Below are positions 58,086 through 64,000 of a DNA stretch of 64,000 bases, piece by piece (position 1 is the first letter of the stretch; each line of letters begins with the position of its first letter). A program made the position numbers and the translations under genes. The notes beneath the pieces are model-generated. The model was not told where the DNA came from, made no database searches, and worked only from the letters and a program-made list of their open reading frames with translations. Source of the DNA: Candidatus Kuenenbacteria bacterium (GTDB lineage: Bacteria; Patescibacteriota; Patescibacteriia; UBA2196; GWA2-42-15); NCBI GenBank assembly GCA_012797775.1, contig JAAZOM010000021.1, forward strand, positions 6,147 through 70,146. Direction: 5' to 3'.

Positions 58086-59380
58086 GTCACCACCTCCCTT
58101 ACGGCTCCAATTTCTATCAGCTTGCTGACGAATGATCGGAACTCCGGCTCTTCAACTTCTTCAGAGAAGCGCCCCACCAAAATCTCCTCTGCACATTGCC
58201 CAGAAGAAATTAGGAATCGGATAATTTCCGTAGCGGTTTCATCGATACGAATCGCCTGATAGCGGGTTATAAGATAAGGAATACGGTGAAATGTATTCAA
58301 TATAGTATAATTATCCACCATCAGCCGCCGATATGGTTTTGGGAAGGTGATCGGTAATGCTCGACGTCGGATTTTTCTCAATGGGTTGGGTGGGCTGTTA
58401 AGGCCCCGGACAGCATAATCAACGCAAAATCCACACGCTTGACTGCAATCAACCTTACAACCGCAGAGGCATTCTGACAAAACCGGGCAAGACCGGCACG
58501 GTTCTGTGACCCAGGACAGATCCCGAAACTCTTGAAGCTCCTTGCTCTGCCATATCGCCTCAATGGGTTTTAACAGAACATTACCATAAACCTTTATTGA
58601 TTGATTGCAGACACGGACATCGCCGTCCGGATTGACGGCCGCAAAGGTTATCCCTGCTCCACAGTCAGAATGCATGTTCTCGGTGATCAGCCTCGGGTCT
58701 AGACAAAAAGGAATGGCAGTACCAAAGCCGACCGGCATGCCAAAATCATCACGCGCTTTAATCATCTGCCCTAAGGCAATCTGGAATTGCTCTAGTGAGG
58801 GCTTCAACACATTAGACATCTGGCTACCGAGACCGCCATCCTCATAGCGATCAACGAACACCGATTCCATGCCGAGCTGGCTGGCAAGCTTTATAACTTC
58901 GTACACCTGATCATAGTTCCATGCGGTCAAAACCGGTATACACCGAACATCAAAGCCATCTTGAATATATTGTCTAATATTCTCAATGGTTTTGTCGTAC
59001 CCGCCAGGAAAGCGGGTATGACGTTCGTGCGTGGTTTTGTTTCCGTGAATAGGAATACCAATACAGGCGAGACGACGCGAAAGGCCCTGTAAATAAATAA
59101 GCCCGTTCGTCACAATTGTTATGGAAGAACGCCGCGCCAGCAGGTTGATGTATTGATTCAGCTTTCCGACTCCTAATAATGATGGCTCTCCGCCAATCAA
59201 ATAGACGTGGGGAACCCAAGAGTCATAGATAGACTGGATGATTTTGTCCATCTTTGTCTCGTTAAAGGGTACCCCGCGGAGAGGGTTGTAACAAAAAACA
59301 CATCCCGGATCTGAAGTGCAGCGATAGGTCGTTTCTATATGCACCAGATCCGGAACAGGAGGAATTTGGATTTTGAACAT
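58082..59380 (-). CDS. Radical SAM protein with SPASM/twitch auxiliary-cluster domain and C-terminal RRE(PqqD)-like extension
   Basis: The N-terminal cluster motif is CTSDPGCVFC (Cx5Cx2C rather than Cx3Cx2C), followed by a Gly-rich SAM site (LIGGEPSL). The SPASM Cys cluster is CNQS...CRSCPVLSECLCGCKVDCSQACGFC. About 90 C-terminal residues show a beta-beta-beta-alpha-alpha pattern. Confidence 0.75.
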   Translation of the reverse strand: MFKIQIPPVPDLVHIETTYRCTSDPGCVFCYNPLRGVPFNETKMDKIIQSIYDSWVPHVYLIGGEPSLLGVGKLNQYINLLARRSSITIVTNGLIYLQGLSRRLACIGIPIHGNKTTHERHTRFPGGYDKTIENIRQYIQDGFDVRCIPVLTAWNYDQVYEVIKLASQLGMESVFVDRYEDGGLGSQMSNVLKPSLEQFQIALGQMIKARDDFGMPVGFGTAIPFCLDPRLITENMHSDCGAGITFAAVNPDGDVRVCNQSIKVYGNVLLKPIEAIWQSKELQEFRDLSWVTEPCRSCPVLSECLCGCKVDCSQACGFCVDYAVRGLNSPPNPLRKIRRRALPITFPKPYRRLMVDNYTILNTFHRIPYLITRYQAIRIDETATEIIRFLISSGQCAEEILVGRFSEEVEEPEFRSFVSKLIEIGAVREVVT

Positions 59381-59389
59381 GTCAACCTC

Positions 59390-59695
59390 TCAATGTTGTG
59401 TTTTCATCACCTCTATCATCGCCTCTGTAGAATCATTCGGGGTGGCGCGATTTCTCTTTTCCTTACCACATGTAAGGCAAAGGTGAGTGATTATATACTC
59501 GCCTGAACGACTCTCCACATAAACGGGCTTCATCAGGCCATGACACGGATTCTTTCTATCGCCAGGATTATTGTCGACATGCTGGCTGTAAAGACAGCTA
59601 GGGCAATGATTAGTATATCCATTGCCGGTTATCTCCGCTCCACAGTGTCCGCACGTAAAATTTTCCCGGCAACGCGTGAACTTCTTTGCTGACAA
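59390..59695 (-). CDS. RNHCP-domain (Zn-ribbon-like) small Cys-rich protein
   Basis: CRENFTCGHCG...YTNHCPSCLYSQHVD...NPCHGLMKP matches the RNHCP domain pattern. There is a 9-nt gap to the rSAM gene. Confidence 0.6.
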   Translation of the reverse strand: MSAKKFTRCRENFTCGHCGAEITGNGYTNHCPSCLYSQHVDNNPGDRKNPCHGLMKPVYVESRSGEYIITHLCLTCGKEKRNRATPNDSTEAMIEVMKTQH

Positions 59696-59910
59696 CTCTC
59701 TACCTCCATTAATTTTTTAAGGTACAATGCATGCAACTAAACATGCGTTATTTAGCAGATAATCATAAACTTATGACTATCAAAATATTTTTGCACATTA
59801 TCCAATATTTGTCAAGTTTTATACTATATACTCATTTTTAATGGAACATTAGAAAAACAAAAAAATACACACAAAAAAATAAAATATTTGGTGTTTTTTA
59901 CTCCAATCTT

Positions 59911-60678
59911 TTATTTTTTTCTCAATAAAACAATATTACTGGCTTTGGCTTTCCCTAGCTCTGCTATTCGATCTCGCTCAAACCAGCCCAAAAATTCAAA
60001 CGTACCATTCAGTCTAACCAACGATATCAATTCCTGGGGAAAGATCAATTTGAGCTCGTCTTGGTCTACAAACTCAGTTTTCTTCCCGTGATCATTTATA
60101 TTTAATTTGATTGTCTGCAAAATCGTCTGTTTCAATGTGTCCTTTACCCCAATCTGATAAGCAGTCATTACTGTTATTCCATCTTTTTTCATAGTCCAAG
60201 TTTGTGGTTTGTAAAATTCTTTATTATCCCAATCCAACGGCATGTTTTCTATGAGGTATAAACCACCTTTGTTGAGAGAGGCCGAAACGGAATTCAAGTG
60301 TTTTAGAAAATCATTATTATTTTTTAGATAAATGATAGAGCCCATCAAAATATAAGCAAAATCAGCCCTTTCTTTTAACTTAAAATTGGCCATGTCTTTT
60401 TGAACTTTTTTAATCTTAATTTTTCCCTGTTTTTCTTTTGCTCCCAAGTAACCCAGCATAGCAGCGCTTGAGTCAAGACCAACTGCCTTGTATCCCCTTC
60501 GAGCAAATTCCAACAATTGGCCAGCTGGGCCACAGGCAATATCTAATACTTTTTTTACTTTAATCTTGCTGTATTTTTTTATAAACTCTTCAAATAAATT
60601 TACCTGTTTTTTAATATCGCGGAAGTCAAAGGCAATATCATAATATAGGGGGTTGTTATAAATTTTACTCTCTGCCAT
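59911..60678 (-). CDS. Class I SAM-dependent methyltransferase
   Basis: Motif I VLDIACGPAGQ and motif post-I GLDSS. Confidence 0.8.
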   Translation of the reverse strand: MAESKIYNNPLYYDIAFDFRDIKKQVNLFEEFIKKYSKIKVKKVLDIACGPAGQLLEFARRGYKAVGLDSSAAMLGYLGAKEKQGKIKIKKVQKDMANFKLKERADFAYILMGSIIYLKNNNDFLKHLNSVSASLNKGGLYLIENMPLDWDNKEFYKPQTWTMKKDGITVMTAYQIGVKDTLKQTILQTIKLNINDHGKKTEFVDQDELKLIFPQELISLVRLNGTFEFLGWFERDRIAELGKAKASNIVLLRKK

Positions 60679-60865
60679 ATATTTTATTTTAAATTATATA
60701 AATTATATTAGCACAAAAACATAAATTATTATAACTAGCTTATAAATACCCGTATTGGCTCGACGCACATTGATTTGACATTAAATTCTTTTTATGTTAT
60801 ATACTTTGAATGCTAAACTCACGTTAAATTGCACATAAAATAAATATGAGACAAGGAGAAGTGTT

Positions 60866-61048
60866 ATGTCCAATCTTCCTTTTGATGTCGGTGACCGCGT
60901 CATTAATTTAACGGCCGAATTGCATGATTGGCCTGATAAGAAAGGGGTGGTTGCCAAGGTTGATGGCGGTCAATTTTTAGTCCGCTACGATGATAGCGGC
61001 AATGAGCGCTGGAAGCAATACATCAACCTACGCCTATCAAATGCATGA
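60866..61048 (+). CDS. Small hypothetical protein (60 aa)
   Basis: Complete ORF with a plausible RBS, between AT-rich promoter regions. Confidence 0.35.
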   Translation: MSNLPFDVGDRVINLTAELHDWPDKKGVVAKVDGGQFLVRYDDSGNERWKQYINLRLSNA

Positions 61049-61111
61049 TGTAAAAGGCTTTGACCCATATGCCATGGAGTAAGGGTCTTTTTCTTTTTAA
61101 AAAACGTGTTT

Positions 61112-61156
61112 CAAAAAACCGCCCAGACGGATGTCGGGGCGGTCTTTTATTTTGGT
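61112..61156. terminator. Bidirectional rho-independent terminator between convergent genes
   Basis: CCGCCCAGACGGATGTCGGGGCGG hairpin flanked by AAAAAA and TCTTTTATTTT. Confidence 0.65.
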
Positions 61157-61161
61157 TAGAT

Positions 61162-64000
61162 CTAGTTGCCGCTAGGGATTTTGGCTAGATCGGCGTTGGT
61201 AATGCCTAGAGACAGCTTGGGGAAAACGCTCATAGCATTGGCCCAAGTGATCTCCCAGCGCTGGCCGCTAAAATCCACATACCAGAGGCGACCACGGTCC
61301 TCGACTTGGAGTAAAAATCTACCTCTATTTTGATATGCCATAGTCCTATCAAAAGACAATTTGTCATTACCGCGATTGGCTGGGTTAGAAGCAACAAAGG
61401 GATTGTAACCATACTTCACTTCTGAATAATCGCTGAAGCCATCATCGTCACTATCAACATCAGAAGAAACAGATTCTAGGTTGATGGGGATTTTGTTCAA
61501 ATCATTATTAGTAATACCGGCTGCTAGAGATGGCAGGACCGACATCATATTGTCAAAGGTAACCTCGTATTTTTTATAATTTACTGGATAAATATAAAAG
61601 ATACGTCCACGATCTTCAGTCGCCAATAGCAGACGGCCGGCTAGTCTTTTGGCAAAATTCGGATCGGCTTTGGGCGCTGGCAAGGTAATCAAGCCAATCG
61701 CCGCTTGGCCGATAAGAGCAGTGTCATCTTCGGTAACCAAGCCATCGCGATTTACATCAGCTACATATTTTTGATAAAGATTTAGAGCGGCGACGCTAGT
61801 GCCTTTTACGTGACCAAGTACCAAAGCGGCATCATAGGTCTCGGCTAGACCATTACCATCAACATCGCCAAATCTGACTGGCAACTTGTCTACTTTACCC
61901 ATAGCATAATCAGATATCACCTCTACGTCGGTATTGTCTAAAACACTATTGCTGGTCACTTCAGCTACAGTCAATTGTGCTGTTGTAAGGGTGCTCTGCT
62001 TGGCCAAGTAGCGAGCCAAGAGTGCGGCATCATACATTTGGACTTGACCGTTGCCATCGAGGTCGCCAAGGAGCGAAGATTCATTTGTTTTTATATTGAA
62101 AGAATATATTTTACTTTCAACAGTTGTATTGTTGGCCGTGCAAACAACTTTATAAAAATAGTTGACGTTAGCTTGAAAACCAGAAATATTGTTTGTCCAA
62201 TAATAGTAAAAGGTTGGTCTATCGCTTGGCCTATTTTGCGCAGCCATTTGAGTCGATGAAAAATCTTTTAAGTCTGAACTGGTACTATACAAGACATCAC
62301 AATTGCTGGAAGAGCGATTCAAATACCAATTAAAAACTACAGAATTTGAACTCACAATATCAACTTTGACGTCAGTAATAATTGGATTAGTGTCATCAAT
62401 TATTGTAACTGTTTTTGTTAATACATTGTTGCCTTCATTTGATTCGTCAACAACATTGTTGTAGGTAGGGCTAAGACTATTCCTATCTACTTCAACCTTC
62501 ACATTGGAATAAACAGAGCTGGTGGCCAAACCCTCAAAAGAAGAAATTAATACAAGCGGATATATACACTGTCCGGCTTCAATGGGTTCAGTGCTACCGT
62601 TTATGGCTGTCTTTCCATTAACAGTAAATTCTGTCGATATCTGGGGATTAGATGATTTAGAGATCATACCACGGTTACAGACTTTAGCCCTTAATACATA
62701 GTCGAGACCACCAAAATTTCTGGCATATTCAATATCTTCAACTGTTAAATCTGGCTTGTTGGCTGACGGTACATAATTTGAATTGTACAGAACGGAGCTA
62801 CCCCCAAACGTCTTTACTAGAGCACCGTCTACCCAAGGGCCAAAAGATAATGAGACAGGGGTGGTGGATAAATCTGACCACATAAATTGGCCATAATCAC
62901 CCAAGGAAGTAAGCTTGACCATGCCGCCGTCTGCGTTGGTAACAGTCCCTTTGACAATGTAAGTCCTCATGCGACCAGCGGTAATAGTCTCTGGCGCCAA
63001 GAGCGCAAATTCAATTATTGATTCATTTCCTATGGTACCATTGCCTAATATTAATGATGGGTTGGTCTCTTCATATAAATAGGTGCCCGCTATACCTACG
63101 TTGCCGCCTGTCTCTAGTTTAAAACTAATCTTTTTCCAGGCGACATCACCAGCAGCGTCAGCAGCCACGGTAAACTTGTATAAAGTGGCCGTACCATTAT
63201 TTAAAACACTTGTTGGCAAACTCTGCGTCATAAACGTCGGGACGGTCTTTCTGACGGTCATGTTATTGCCATAGACGTCGTTGCCAGCGAAGGTGTTAAC
63301 CATGTTGGATGACTCACCAAGAGCAGAAAAGTTGTTGTCGCCATCAAAAATCAATCTTGGTTGATCACCGGAGTCAGCGCCGGCGCTGATGGTCGGAATT
63401 TCAGCTTTGACGGTCAATATGGCAGTAGAATCTTTGGGTACATACATATTCAAACCAGTGAAGTCAACGATGCCTCCGGAATTCAGATAACCTTCTTTGG
63501 TCACAGTATTGCCAGATTTGTCTTTATATTCCAAAATAACTTTATTGATGGAATCATAGTTACTCGGGTTGTCTTCCAAAATTCTAACTTTTGTTATGGT
63601 AAATGGTTCGCCAGAGGCGGTAAATTTGATGGCATTCATTTTGACGGTGGTGCCGGCAACAATGATAGCCGATGCTGGTTTGCCTCCGTCAGATGAAGTA
63701 ATGGAACCAGCAGCGAGGGTCATGGCCTGCATAGTCACATCGCCGGTGGTGACCGATACACCAGAGGTGGCTGTGCCCTGCAAATCAACTACAAGCGCAA
63801 AGCTATTGGTGCCACTACCCGCCTTAATATCTGCATAAACATCAATCACTTTTGACTCGCCAGCGGCTAGATTTAAGTTATAAGCCGTGAAAACATTTTC
63901 AGTGGTATTATTAGAGGCCAAGGTGACCTTGGTTGCACCGATCTGCGTGGAGCCAGTCATCAGTTTCATGTTCTGCATGGTGCCTGATGTGGCCTGAGAA
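61162..64000 (-). CDS. Large surface protein (more than 945 aa) with three dockerin-like Ca-binding repeats and two C-terminal ~50-aa repeats; N-terminus lies beyond the window end (partial)
   Basis: The frame is open from 63978 to 64000 upstream of the listed Met. Dockerin-like repeats are DLDGNGQVQMYDAALLARYLA, GDVDGNGLAETYDAALVLGHV and DVNRDGLVTEDDTALIGQA. The C-terminal repeats are ATEDRGRIFYIYP...GITNNDLNKIP and QVEDRGRLWYVDF...GITNADLAKIP. Confidence 0.7.
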   Translation of the reverse strand, partial: SQATSGTMQNMKLMTGSTQIGATKVTLASNNTTENVFTAYNLNLAAGESKVIDVYADIKAGSGTNSFALVVDLQGTATSGVSVTTGDVTMQAMTLAAGSITSSDGGKPASAIIVAGTTVKMNAIKFTASGEPFTITKVRILEDNPSNYDSINKVILEYKDKSGNTVTKEGYLNSGGIVDFTGLNMYVPKDSTAILTVKAEIPTISAGADSGDQPRLIFDGDNNFSALGESSNMVNTFAGNDVYGNNMTVRKTVPTFMTQSLPTSVLNNGTATLYKFTVAADAAGDVAWKKISFKLETGGNVGIAGTYLYEETNPSLILGNGTIGNESIIEFALLAPETITAGRMRTYIVKGTVTNADGGMVKLTSLGDYGQFMWSDLSTTPVSLSFGPWVDGALVKTFGGSSVLYNSNYVPSANKPDLTVEDIEYARNFGGLDYVLRAKVCNRGMISKSSNPQISTEFTVNGKTAINGSTEPIEAGQCIYPLVLISSFEGLATSSVYSNVKVEVDRNSLSPTYNNVVDESNEGNNVLTKTVTIIDDTNPIITDVKVDIVSSNSVVFNWYLNRSSSNCDVLYSTSSDLKDFSSTQMAAQNRPSDRPTFYYYWTNNISGFQANVNYFYKVVCTANNTTVESKIYSFNIKTNESSLLGDLDGNGQVQMYDAALLARYLAKQSTLTTAQLTVAEVTSNSVLDNTDVEVISDYAMGKVDKLPVRFGDVDGNGLAETYDAALVLGHVKGTSVAALNLYQKYVADVNRDGLVTEDDTALIGQAAIGLITLPAPKADPNFAKRLAGRLLLATEDRGRIFYIYPVNYKKYEVTFDNMMSVLPSLAAGITNNDLNKIPINLESVSSDVDSDDDGFSDYSEVKYGYNPFVASNPANRGNDKLSFDRTMAYQNRGRFLLQVEDRGRLWYVDFSGQRWEITWANAMSVFPKLSLGITNADLAKIPSGN

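Overview
This 64 kb window is gene-dense, about 85% coding, and runs almost entirely on the minus strand (roughly 65 of 77 CDS). The gene content points to a small-genome, CPR/Patescibacteria-like bacterium, but that is an inference: many class-III-signal pilins, many membrane-anchored hypothetical proteins, PspC, NUDIX, small GIY-YIG nucleases next to tRNAs. Background GC is about 40%, with two clear anomalies. The first ~8 kb is about 50% GC and encodes giant Fn3-repeat and M23 surface proteins; two of them carry T9SS-type C-terminal sorting domains. A ~7 kb stretch at 27-34 kb is about 28-30% GC.

Recognisable housekeeping genes are gatC-gatA, ligA, rpoD, dnaG, murB and four tRNAs. The tRNAs are Met-CAT, one atypical tRNA, Asn-GTT and Ser-GGA. 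Envelope and redox genes include a CPA antiporter, a ZIP transporter, an FKBP isomerase, a cytochrome b5 plus NOX-like ferric reductase pair, a thioredoxin-CcdA fusion and a YibE/F protein. The window also holds an ECF sigma factor with a putative anti-sigma partner, and a LemA-HtpX-NUDIX trio.

The dominant feature is a complete type IV pilus locus at 39.6-54.6 kb: pilM/N/O-like, pilB, pilT-like, pilC, two major pilins, pilD and four minor pilins. Embedded in it on the opposite strand is a GT-C / GT2 / GtrA triad that I interpret as a pilin O-glycosylation module. The pilT-like ATPase has a Walker A lysine replaced by arginine.

Other notable items:
- a low-GC island of membrane proteins bounded by a 46-47 bp direct repeat, the second copy abutting tRNA-Asn
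- a GIY-YIG gene wedged between tRNA-Asn and a 5'-partial tRNA-Asn copy that carries a 16 bp palindrome
- a GC-rich (~58%) structured RNA candidate between tRNA-Ser and murB
- a translationally coupled RNHCP / radical-SAM-SPASM (Cx5Cx2C, C-terminal RRE-like extension) / YkgJ cluster, followed by a 28-aa Lys-rich ORF

No CRISPR array, integrase or transposase was seen.
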